DNA of 64,000 nucleotides from Strigamia acuminata (Eukaryota): NCBI GenBank assembly GCA_949358305.1, contig OX442314.1, positions 13,516,001 to 13,580,000 of the forward strand, read 5' to 3'. Shown piece by piece: positions 1 to 21,988 of this stretch (position 1 is its first letter; each line of letters starts with the position of its first letter). The notes under the pieces were generated by a model. It saw only the letters and a program-made list of their open reading frames with translations, ran no database searches and was not told where the DNA came from. The position numbers and the translations under genes were made by a program.

Positions 1-312
1 ATTTAAGCCTAAATCCTACTATTAGACATGGAGAAATAGAAAATTAGAAGGTAGCTTTTAATTTTTTAATTATTGAATTGGATTCGGATCTCGAGATGGG
101 AATTAAGAGTTTAATTCCCCAAATGGATTTTTTAAATAAAAAAAATTTAAAAAATTTATTTTTATCTTTTTTTTTCTCCTTATCTGGGTAAATAAGACCA
201 AATCTTAATGCAGTGATTCACGAGATGAACGTGCAGTTAAAATATCACCTTTATTTCCCACCTGTAAACTGAATCATTAATTTTATTTATTTATTTATTT
301 TTTTTAATCTAG

Positions 313-10749
<10,437 letters not shown>

Positions 10750-12367
10750 AAACGAGAACACTGACGAGAAAAATTGCTTGATTGCAAGTTTTTCATTTAA
10801 CCAAAAGAAAATTTGAATTAAAATTAAATAAATACCATAATACTTAAACACTGTAATAAACGAATTTAAACATTTCAGCACAGTTAGATGTTTAATGATA
10901 CGCCAATGCTACTCATTGGTTATGAGATAAAAGAGTTACTAAAACTAATGGGAGTGTACCTTTGTAATTACGTGTGAGGTTTGGGCTTGGAGCGGTTTTT
11001 ATCTTTAAATTTTTCCATATATTTTGTTTTGTTAGAAATGACAAATTTTGTTTATTTTGACATAAATGCAAGTAGCATTCAAGAGATTGATTAATTAATT
11101 TTGGTAGTACAATTAAAATACTTTTAATAACGGTTATTTTGTTTTATTACATTATATTAATGTAGTAATGATTTGATTTCTTCCTTTTTCTATGGAGTTG
11201 TTTATGTGGGTTTTGTTTTTGTTTTTTTTTAATTTGTATTTTTTTTTTTTAATATCTTTTTTCTATGTGATTGAAAGATGCAATTGTAAGTTAATTTATT
11301 ACGCAAAATGTAAATAATGAGCGCACGCTTTGATTTTAGCACATTACTAGACTGTTCATTATCAGTAGATTTGACGTGATTGGAAATACGTATTTAGGAA
11401 TTGTGAGAAAAATGTATGTTGGGAGTGATGTGTGATTAAAAAAATATATTTGCTTGATTATAAATGACTAATAATATTGCTCCGTGAAACGATACATGCT
11501 CTGAACTAACCTTGATTTTGTTATTTTGTTACTTTTATTTGATTTCGCGCAATGCTTTGTTTTCTTGTACCTTTTGTCCTGCAAATTTATTCAACACTGA
11601 ATGAAGAATTTCTTGAGCAATAATCATTTATTATAATTGATCTTTTATATGAAATTTTAACTTGTAATGTGTTCATTAGCTTGATTAATAAGTTTAATCA
11701 ATATCGTTTTGTATCGTTACAAATTGTGGCCTTCGGTGGGGGGATATAAGAAAACAATGCGCAGCTCCTATATGAATTTTTACTTCTTATTTTTTAGTTA
11801 TGAAAAAAAAAATACTATTAATGCAATTAATCATTGATAGTGATAAATAAATTTTTTTATAACAGGTTTTGAAATAATTTGTTAGTCGATTAACAGATTA
11901 TATAAATATTTCTGATACAGACGTACAACGAAATTAATTCATTGCGTTGAACCTCATTCATTAACTCAGCAACTGTTTTTTGGTGTACTGAATGAGGTTT
12001 GCATCAACGAGTGTTCTGCTGAATGAACGACAGACGACACTATTGTATACAAATCTACTAGACGATTTAGTGTGACATTTGCATTTTCTGTGTATAAGCG
12101 TGTAGTTCAGATTTTGTATTGTTCAAAACATGGTTGCTTTGACAATTTTTTTTTGTATCTAAATGATTAGTAATGAGCCAGTTTGGGGATTATTACATCC
12201 TTAATCCTTATGTGTATAGTTGATTTAATTGTAATGTGGTGCAGGTATTAAATTCCTCATACTGCCCTGATTTTGACGTTTTTATTTTTATTTTTATTTA
12301 AACACTCGCATTTTGACACAAATTGTCCCTGGGTGGCATGACAGTCGGTTGTGCCGTAACTTAAAAA

Positions 12368-15300
12368 ATGGCGGCTGTTTTGCAGTTGATTTTGGACGAG
12401 AAAGTTTCTACGCGACAGTTTATTTCTTGGTTGATATTTCGGAAAACGGTAAATAGTATTTGTGGAAGGAGGGTTAAGTGTGTTGTTACTAATCAAAAGT
12501 GTCTTTCAGGATGAAAAAAAGTTGCGCGATTTTGAAAAGGAAAGAGCGGATTTCATTCCATTTTTTTTGAATTATTTGCGGGATCAGAGCAACAAATTAA
12601 TTCAGATTGCACAAACGAGTGGTTTAACGCCCGTTAAAAAATTCAGTTTGTATCCGAAGGTACATTTAAATCGTTTAAACAAGGATTCGCAATCGCAGCG
12701 AACCAAAGGCTCGTCTAGGGTGGAGTTGTTTCCCGACCCGAACCACCATCATCAAAAATCGTTTAAAAAACAAACTCATCGTGAATCTGATTTTAAAAAT
12801 AACCCGACAAGGCAGGAACCAAAGTCTCAACAAAAAATGTGTCTAGGACAATTTATTAATACTTCAGTGCCTGTGACAACTGTTGGAAAGAAAAGTTCGT
12901 CGCTTAAAAGTTTTACGCGGTTGAATTTTGAAGAACGAAACAGTAAATTTGGTGAGCAACAAGACGCACTTTTGGATTTTGGTGATTTGTCTGACTTCCC
13001 ACCTGTTGGTGCTGTAAATACTATTGTACCTAAGAGAAAAGAACCCTTAACGATCATTCACAGGTACCGAATCTATAAAAATCTGAATTTTTGTTATTAA
13101 TTAAAATTTTTTTTTGATTTTTTTTGAAGGAAAGACGGGTGCAAATTTTCAAGTTTTAGGAAAGAAAACCAAGAGAAATGTTTACCTAATGACACTGTTT
13201 GCCATTCAGTTAACACGATGGAAACAATTTCACCTTCTTTAGACAAAATAACAGACAAAAGTAAACTAGATATCTTAATTGCAGTGTATTCGGAGCTTTT
13301 AAATGGTAAAATGTCATTTTTTAAATGGTTTTTTATGTTATTTTAATCTATTTTTTGTTTAAAAGAAAATTCTGTACCAAATCTAAGTGTCGAGTTGTAT
13401 TTCTTAATTCAGTTATTGACCGTGAGGATTGAACCATCGGTAAAATCAAACGTTTCAAGGAGTAAGATATGCAAATTTACCAATTTAACGTAGAAATTCT
13501 AATATATTTTTTAAAAAAAATTTAGACCACGAATTGGGAAATGTTCACAATTGCGTTTATTTCGCCTCTCAAGTGTTTTGTAATCACGAAAAGTAGGTTT
13601 TGTGTTTGGTAAAATGATTTTTTATAATTTTGTAAAATAATAATCCACAGAATTCTTTGTCTATTGGATCGCGGAACGTTGAAATTATTAGCAGATAATC
13701 CTCGATTATGTTTATTCGCCCCCGAATTAATTCAAAATTTGAAGAAAAAGTGTGAAAATAACGGCACCTCGAATTCTAACGTATAATTAATTTAAAAAAA
13801 AATAAAATTTAAAAATAAAATTATTTTTAATTTTAATCTTTTCATTAGGGGATTATGACAGTTGCTTATACAATCGGCAATGTATCATTTCAATCCGATA
13901 CTGATAACAAGAAGAATTTTTCAAATGACCAAGCATTTCACACTTTTAGGAAACTCAGGTACAGCAGTTTGAAAATAAAATATTTTTTTTAATAGAAAAT
14001 TTATTTGGATTTTTAGAGACCAATTTTACGAAACGATTCGTGAATGGGAAGCAAATCATTCAAATTCCGAATGGACATTTTCTCTATATCTTGGCGACAA
14101 AGTGAAAAGGATCGTGGGAATGTGGATGGATCCGATTATATATTCACATTTTGCAAAGCTTTTTATTTCACAATTAATTGCAGTAAGTAATTGTAATATT
14201 AATTTTTTATTTCTGGAGATTAAAATCGTATTTTTTTAGACTTGCAGAGGAAATTTTTTCCAAAACTCGGGCAACTCGTCCTCGTCAGATATTCCGAGCG
14301 AATTGTTCGAAAGCGTAAAAACGGATCCGGAAAAACTTAAAAGGTACAATTTGGCATTTTTACAGTGAAATAAATTATTTTGAATATTAATTTAATTTAG
14401 ACTCCAGAAACGGTTGATAACTCCTGCACGAGTTGGTGGACCGAGTCCTCCGCCCGCATTTCCAGGCGTGCAAGAATTTTTCAGAGATTTTATTGTTTTT
14501 GCTGGATGTTCTATGTTCAATTGCCACTTAGTTGACGTAATGGTTTCTCAAATTTACGAGGTATAAAATTAAAAAAAAAAACGGTGTAAAATTTGAAATA
14601 ATTCTATTATTTTTTGTTACAGTTGAACAATACGGACTTTAACTTTCCGGAAAAAGACGATTTCGTTGATGAAAGCTTAAGACAGCAATTTACAACGACT
14701 TTATTAGCTTTGCAAACACTGGGAAAATTTCTAGGCTTGGTGACGTTTTTGCCTTACCACACAGTGGAAAAGTTACCACAAGGATTAGAAGAAGAATACG
14801 CGATAAGCAGGAATAAAGTAACTAGTTTTAATTAATTCGAAAATAGCCTAATACGAAATTATTCGTTTTCAGATTCCACTCGTTATCGATGTTGTAGATT
14901 TATTTAAAACCGCTGCAGCAGCGGGAAGATTGACATTAACTGTACCTTTTTTGGTCGAGTTTTTCAGTATGATGGATAAATGTGGGTATTTATTACCTCA
15001 AGTACAGGAAGGATTAAAAGTTTTAATTCAGTTTTACAAGTATGGTGAAGTGATTTTTTTTAAATGAATGTATTTTATACATTTATTTCAATTATTTCAG
15101 ATCGTCTTACTTTGAAATTACTAAGGAAAGTTTTACAATTAACATATTTTTATTGTATCATCTTTTAGGATGGTTATTTGAGGTATAAATAGCAAATACT
15201 GCGTGTAAACAATAATTTGTGTTTAATTCGTTAATTTTATGTTTTGTAGACTCCCAATTTTCCATCTTCGTTTTTCTTTCACGATATGAAAAAAGAAAAT

Positions 15301-17028
15301 ATTCAATTTATTGAACCGACAGAGCTGTGTTTGGTAAAAAAGAATTTGAAATTGTAGGTTTCGATTGAGGAAATAAATTAATTTATAAATTAATTTATTT
15401 ATAGGACGCTTTAGATTTAATCAATCATCAAATTTTATACACGTGTTGTCCATATTTGGGCGAGTTGAAAGTAATTTTGGCCGACTTTGCAGCCGGAACT
15501 GGAAGTAGACCCAATACTATTAAAAAAATAGTGCCTATGGTGTTAAATGATCGGACGTCAAAGTCTAATAGATTACTACAAGTACGTTTTAATCGCAAGT
15601 ATTGAACAATGTGTAAATTATGCTTTATTTGACAGTTACAACTGGAAGAAAATTTTTTCCACAATCAACCCACATCTGTGAAAAAAATTGTAGACTTTGT
15701 TGCCGAGCGCGTAGCTTCGAACATAACGAAGAACGTGAGGAAAGAACAAGTGACTGCCGCGGAGGATAAAGCGATAAAGATACTTCACGGATTTATCGGT
15801 GAAAACGAAAACAAAGACGACTACAAAGTAAAATTTCGAGGGAAATAATTTAAAGTTGAAAAAATACAAAAATTAATTATTTTCAGGATTTATTGAAGCA
15901 AAAAATGCATCAGTTGGCTGTCGAGGTGACGACGGAATTGAAAACAACCATTAGTCAATATTCTCGCACCTATTGCGACAACCAGGTGGATAAAGTAATA
16001 CAATTGCTCATGTCCGAAGAAAACTCTTTCGCTGTAATCAAAATGTGCGGGCAGATTGTGACGAGACAAGCGAAACAAAATGTCAATTCGTGGGTCGACA
16101 GTCACGTCACGACTGGTAATATTACAATTGTGAATTTCCAACCTAACTTATACATTTTGGATTATTATTTCGTTCGATTAGGGTTCTTTCTTGACGAGTT
16201 GAAACGATGCGTCGATAAATTTACGCGGCTTAGGAACCAGCAACTGGAAATCAAGCTGCACACATCACCGAATTTAAATAATCTCCACACGTCGCTGAAT
16301 GATTTATCGCCAACGGACGTTGCCATACGTTTAAAACTCGTGACCAAACGAATATACCTGGAAAAGGTTGTGCCAAATTCGGGCGACGTGGCGCTCTTAA
16401 TTAAGGAAATCGAAGCCGTGTTACAATCGGTGCCTGGCGATTGGGTGAATCCTGTCAAGAAATATTTTATTCAGTTATCTGTGGAATTTCTTTGTGGTTT
16501 AAGTAAGAATCATAAGAAATAATTCGATTTAAATAAAATGAAATTAATTTTTGGTTTCTTTTTAGTTGTGCTGGAGCCGAATTGCGTGACGGAAGAACAC
16601 CTCGATTCGTTCTCACGTGTTTGGAAAAATTGTGAATTGACGAATTCGTCTTTTCCGCCAGTGGTGACATCCAGTTTGTTGTTGCAGTTGAGCACCGCAA
16701 AAAACCTCATGGTGGGACATCTGTTTTGTTATTTTAATCTGATTTTTAAAGTATTTTTATTTGATTTATTCTGCAGATGAGTTGGAAAAGAGTTGGAGAT
16801 TTGTTGCTGCTGCTGTTGAAATGCGATGTTGTCACTCCGCAATGCTTCGAGGGACAATGTCTAGACGTTTTGAAGTACGACTGGTCCGACGACACGCTTG
16901 ATTTGTTTGCGAAGTGTTTAGATGATGTGACTGATAAGTACAAACGATTTTCGGGCACGAGTGAATTCACAGAACTTGTAGAATGGTTGGCTTGGTTTTG
17001 TCACCAGGATGATGATGAATTTTTGTGA
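12368..17028 (+). CDS. CDAN1: Codanin-1 (CDAN1 / discs lost) homologue, multi-exon
   Basis: ATG 12368 gives MAAVLQLILDEKVSTRQFISWL, like the codanin-1 N-terminus. Later exons give PNLSVELYFLIQLL, VHNCVYFA, QSDTDNKKNF, RDQFYE, FPGVQEFFRDFI, LGKFLGLVTFLPY, LEENFFHNQP...VDFVAERVASN. Stop TGA at 17028. Confidence 0.88.
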
Positions 17029-17267
17029 TTTTTTACTTTGATTTGAAAGGATTTTGACATTTTGTGTACAAAAAAGGTATGTGAGAATCATGATTTGTAA
17101 TTAAGTTTTATTACATGTTTTTTTTTTTTTTTTACATATAAATTTGTAAAATATTATTTTTTAATTGTGGGATTTAGCCATCCCAGTGATTTACATAGGT
17201 TGAATAAACCTCGAATGAGTTGAGTTTAAATCTAAAGTGACATTTATGGATGAAACATGAGTGGAAT

Positions 17268-17664
17268 TTAATGTTCGTCGCATTCCATTACGAGTGAAAT
17301 TAAATGCTCGCATTTAGAAACATCAGCATCTTCGATGCTGCAGTCTGCCGGCGCCGTTTCCTCGCTTGGAGGCGGTAACATTGGTTGAATTGTATTCAGC
17401 AAGTTACTATCGCTTGGGCTTGAAATAAATTAACAATTTTTTGATCGGAATTCGAATTTTATGTCGGTTATTTCTATACCATGAGCCTTCAGCTAGGGTT
17501 AAGAGGTATTCGGCAAACTCGACGTTACTATTGAATCCCATTTTTTGCTTTATCCTCAACCAACGTAATACGTTCTTAGACCCAATTTTAAAGTGCGCTG
17601 TCGTATCCGAATCATTTTGTGCCTCGTCCAACCGAAATTTTTTGTGTTTGCACTTTCTAGGCAT
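17268..17664 (-). CDS. Small two-exon protein (~108 aa) with an 'IG...RW..IK..MGF.SN.EFA.YLL' helical domain
   Basis: Exon 17664-17480 (in-frame upstream ATG at 17706), GT-AG intron 17479-17407, exon 17406-17268 continuing in frame (CNLLNTIQPMLPPPSEE...ECDEH-TAA). Confidence 0.6.
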
Positions 17665-17841
17665 TATTTTAACGGAGGTGAAATCGCCATCTTGGTAACC
17701 CGCCATCTATCGGCGAAAAGTATAAATTTGAAAGAAATTGCTTTTATTTGTTTATTTTTTATAAACAAACGATTTAAAATAGTGTAGAATTCCACACTTT
17801 CAAAGGTTCACGGAACCAATTTTCACTTTATTTCGTGAAAA

Positions 17842-19350
17842 ATGGATATACGCAAGTCGTATTTAATATTTTTCTTGCTCCTGCAAACTTCTCTCATTAC
17901 AAGTGCACAAAACGTTAGTGTCGACATTAACCCAGACACTTTACTGGGCGTTAATAAGCTTTTTCAATATGTTGGAGACAACACTACCAACTTCCTGGAA
18001 TTAGCAAGCAGTCCCGAATTCCCGCAACAAACTTACCAGCAGATAATGGAAAAAATCAAGCCTCAACTGGACCAAATCAAACCTCAATTAGACCTAATAG
18101 GAAACGAAACCAAAGTGAACAGCATAAACATCTTTGTCATTAACCTAGAAGGCATTGCCTCGCATATCGAACAGTTTATCGGTAAATATGCGGACGAAAT
18201 AATACACATAATGAAGGATTTCATTTCAAATCAGTGCCAACTCCCCTGCCGACCGGTCGTGCCATGTTCAACCACAACAACCACTGCAACCACAACAACC
18301 GAAACAATTGACGAAACCACTGAGGCCACCAGCACCACAATACCGACAACTACAAGTTACGACATCGTATCGGAATTTAAAATTCATTTAATAGCTCGGA
18401 TTACGGAGGCTTATGGCATCCGATTGATTTTACACGTTTTACGCGTTAACGAAATTATCTACGTCAAGCTTGCGATCGCGAGGTTTTTGTGGTGGAAGAA
18501 ACAAATTTTACTAACATGTGTTCCGGTTGATACGAAGTTGATTTACAGAATTTACAACGATCCTGCAGCGATTGTACGATATATTGTCGGTTTAAATTTT
18601 ACTAATAGTTCGATGAAAGAAGTTACCGAAGAGATTTTAGCGGAAATGGCCGACGCTAATGAAATAGCGGAATATTACGAGAGGAAAGCGGCGAGTATTA
18701 AAGAAGCTTCGACCCCATCGAATGACAACAAGCAACAAATTGTTAATATTTTGTTCATTGCAACGGCATACCGGACTCATCACGATTATTTATTTAGACA
18801 AATACATCTTAAGGTTGAATATCTGTCCACTATACACTTGATTTGCGAGGGATTGGTCGATTTGTTGGAGCAGCAACGTAAAATCAAGGAAAACGTGAAC
18901 GATTTGAATAATATCATCATCGCGGCTGGTGTGAGTCAAAAGAACTACGAACACGCCTCGGAACAGCTAGAAGATATGGTCGATCACATAAGATGGAGTA
19001 AGGGGACCATAGTAAGAGATGAAGCCGAATTTTTTCCGTATTTTATCGCAAGGAAAAAGAAAAAATTAGCGCAAGTTTATCATCGACAATTAAAATTGGC
19101 TGAGCAGGAGAGAAATGTAATGATTGAAAGTGCTCGCGCTGCGTTAGCTAGGATTTCTGTCTTGTTTGTACGTTTGAGTGACATTAAATTTAAAATGTAC
19201 GTACAACGTATTGTTTTGCAAATGAAGAATTTGGTTACGCGTCGACGATTTGTTTCTAGATGTCCTAATATGGATGTTGTGATCCACGGGATGGAGCAGA
19301 AAATTGAAAATATTATATCGGGCGAATGTCCGACGTGTATTTGTTACTAA
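17842..19350 (+). CDS. Intronless putative secreted protein, 502 aa, unknown family
   Basis: 1.5-kb uninterrupted ORF in AT-rich DNA. Signal-peptide-like N-terminus (MDIRKSYLIFFLLLQTSLITSA), Thr-rich linker after CQLPCRPVVPC, helical C-terminal half, ends CPTCICY. Confidence 0.85.
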   Translation: MDIRKSYLIFFLLLQTSLITSAQNVSVDINPDTLLGVNKLFQYVGDNTTNFLELASSPEFPQQTYQQIMEKIKPQLDQIKPQLDLIGNETKVNSINIFVINLEGIASHIEQFIGKYADEIIHIMKDFISNQCQLPCRPVVPCSTTTTTATTTTETIDETTEATSTTIPTTTSYDIVSEFKIHLIARITEAYGIRLILHVLRVNEIIYVKLAIARFLWWKKQILLTCVPVDTKLIYRIYNDPAAIVRYIVGLNFTNSSMKEVTEEILAEMADANEIAEYYERKAASIKEASTPSNDNKQQIVNILFIATAYRTHHDYLFRQIHLKVEYLSTIHLICEGLVDLLEQQRKIKENVNDLNNIIIAAGVSQKNYEHASEQLEDMVDHIRWSKGTIVRDEAEFFPYFIARKKKKLAQVYHRQLKLAEQERNVMIESARAALARISVLFVRLSDIKFKMYVQRIVLQMKNLVTRRRFVSRCPNMDVVIHGMEQKIENIISGECPTCICY

Positions 19351-19416
19351 TGTAAGAAATTAAAATGTTGATTTGATTAATTTTAAACGTGTGTTGTTAT
19401 ATTATTGGTTTATAAG

Positions 19417-20862
19417 TCATGAGTCGAGTCCACCACGATTGCAGGATAAGCCGGTGTGATCTTGGATGCCACTTCGCAGACAAAACGGTACAGTGTGTTG
19501 TTTCGGATCGTCTTGAAAAAGAAAATATAAATTTTTTTGGGAAAAGATAAAAGAATATGTGAGTATATATTTTTAATTTACTTGAATTGTACGGTTTACA
19601 ATCCTTAAAAGTGGTCATCACGCTATCGTTTGAATTGCAAAACTTGTTCACTTCTTGTGGATGCGCGGAGTCGGCGTCGACATAAACAGACACGGTGCAC
19701 ACAACGTTTTGAATTTGTCCGTTATTAACCTTTTTGAGTTTTAAAAATGTTGATTTTATGTTTTGGTCAATGTGATGTACTTACAGGAGCAATTTTCAAT
19801 TTATTTTCCATTTCAGTAAAAGATATGTTCGGAAATTGTGTATATACGGCACATCTAGATCCGTCGACTGTTTTGATTAGCAGTATTTTCTAATTCGTAA
19901 TATGAATATTCAGGGTGTTCACAAAGTCTTTAGACAATTTAAAATTTTTTTTTTTACACGCTATCATTAGGTGGTAATAATAAGCTATTATTAAAGTTTT
20001 TATTCATGTTATGTTTCTTATTTCGGAGATCAATTAGGACGTAAAAATAATTAAAAAAGGAAAAGTAATCAAAAATGGCTGCTCCATAAGAAACAACAAT
20101 TCACAAAGTTCTCCGTAAAAATCTGAGGTGGCTAAATTCCCTGGCCTGCTCGTTCCCCAGTCGTTAAACCCCTGGACGACTTCTTGTGGGGTTATACGAA
20201 AGCTATTGTGTCCCGTTCTAAAGTAAGAGATATGAATGATCTTAAACGAAGAATAACTGCCGCCATTGAGACCATCGATGAAGCCGTGTTAAGGAGGACA
20301 TAGACAGAAATTGAAGATCGTTTAGATTTGGTCCGTACAACGAATAGGGACCGTACATACTTTTATGTTATGTAGAAGTTTCAAAAGTATCTGATTTTTT
20401 TTTTTGATTTTAATAAATTTTTTCAAATTGTCTAGAGACTTAGTGAACACCCTGTATATGAAAACGTTAATATTGGAGTTTTTCACTTACATTGGCAAAA
20501 TCCATTAGAGTTATGCCACCAAGTGACAGAAATTCAATGTCTTTGATTTCGGCAGTAACAAACTATTAAGTATCATTCAATTGTATTGCAGCTTTTAATG
20601 GATAAATAAAAATTTTACTTGTGTGGTCGGGTTAACACTTATAGTAGCCGTTGTTGATTGCAAATCTCCAGCAAAAGCTGTGGGTAAAGTTATGTTGTAC
20701 GTATAAATCTAAAACAGTAAAATAAATGGAATGAAAATTAGTTGAATGTTTCCTTAGAATAGTGTTTACCACGGTTTCGATAGAGTAAACATATTTAAAT
20801 ATATTAAGAATTATTATCAAGTTTAAGACTAACATATGTGAGTGAAATTGAGCACCCATCAT
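19417..20862 (-). CDS. Six-exon secreted BRICHOS-like domain protein
   Basis: Exons 20862-20770, 20708-20619, 20562-20491, 19889-19785, 19729-19582, 19511-19417 splice in frame at GT-AG sites: signal peptide MLVLNLIIILNIFKYVYS, then TLMDFANKILLIKTVDGSRCAVY...PQEVNKFCNS. Frame of the last exon is less certain. Confidence 0.65.
19911..20454 (+). mobile_element. Internally deleted Tc1/mariner (rosa/DD41D-like) element inside an intron of the BRICHOS-like gene
   Basis: TIRs CAGGGTGTTCACAAAGTCTTTAGACAATTT / AAATTGTCTAGAGACTTAGTGAACACCCTG, TA on the right flank. Internal 20142-~20350 translates WPARSPVVKPLDDFLWGYTKAIV...DLKRRITAAIETID...T*TEIEDRL, a decayed transposase C-terminus. Confidence 0.9.
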
Positions 20863-20979
20863 TTAGTACTGTGGCAACACTATAAAATTAAGATTATGTG
20901 TGCTTGCAGTTGGTGGATCATATTCATCAGCTGATTACCGAGAATGGATGCTTTTTCATTGTTTGTTAGCAGTGTGACT

Positions 20980-21508
20980 CAGAGGCGGACCTCCATTGAA
21001 ACTACAGTAATTAAGCTTAAGCTTAAGATCCTGGAGGGGCCCCAGAAGCTACTTTGGTCATAATACTATTATGCTTTGGTCCACACCACATTATGACGTG
21101 CGCTATTGTCGTCAGTTGTTATTGTTATTGGTAAAGGGGCCCCTTTCCAGTTCGAGATTCAAGGCCCCTGATTCTAGAGGTGCCCCAGACTTTTGTCCAC
21201 ATTGTGACGTTCCGCGCGCTCATATGCGCGCTATCGTTGTCAGTTGTTAATGGCAAAGGGGCCCCTATACAACAAGCTTGAACTGTTGTTCAAGCTTAGG
21301 GCCCCAGAAATGTTGGTCCACCTCTGGTGTGACTTCGGGGCCACAGAGATAGATTCATGGTTTTGGGGGGAGGGGGGAGGGGTTCCCGCAAGCTTTTTCG
21401 GGGCCCCAACCCAATTGAAAAAAAATTGTTTGAATATTTATTTTTGAAGAATTTTTTTTTTTTTTGAATTTGGGGCCTTTCTCTTGCGAGGACCTTGATC
21501 CGCAACTG
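20980..21508. repeat. Degenerate GGGCCCC-rich MITE-like remnants (probably hAT-type)
   Basis: GC-rich island with repeated GGGCCCC and AAGCTT motifs and a ~55-70 bp imperfect direct repeat (CCACATTRTGACGT...GTCAGTTGTTA...AAAGGGGCCCC at ~21086 and ~21197). Ends not cleanly defined. Confidence 0.4.
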
Positions 21509-21988
21509 CGAGGCCCTATTTCTACAATTTCGTTTATTATTGCCAACAATAATAATAATAAACCTGTAAAATTTTTCATGTTAACATTTATTTGTAATTT
21601 TTAATGCAAAAAATGTTGAATAAATTCGGAAATTTGAGGTTTAAATATGATTAAAAATACCATATGTGAAAAAGGATACTGTACTGTATTGCATTTATGT
21701 TTTAACTATGTTGGCCTTGTTCAATACGCCGAGGATTATTTAAAATTTATAAGACAATTGTTTGACGGATTAAGACTATCTGGTTTTCAGTATACCTTTA
21801 GAAAAACTGCCTACATTTAATCAAAATAGATTAATAATTACATATTTGATTTAATAAGTTTAATTTTTGTTTGTGTAGGCTTGTTCGAATACGTTGGCCC
21901 TGTTAACGAAATCAAACGACTCCATTTTGTTATCGACCATATTGAGTTTGCCCGCCCGTCTACTGAATTATTATCATATTTTGAAATT

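Noticed and set aside
11947..12010. Short hairpin (AACCTCATTCA / TGAATGAGGTT) as a possible pre-miRNA
   Set aside because: Only ~11 contiguous pairs; more likely a decayed MITE.
16116..16181. Stop-free 66-nt codanin-1 intron read through by the ORF track
   Set aside because: Ordinary size and composition; an open frame of 22 codons is expected by chance.
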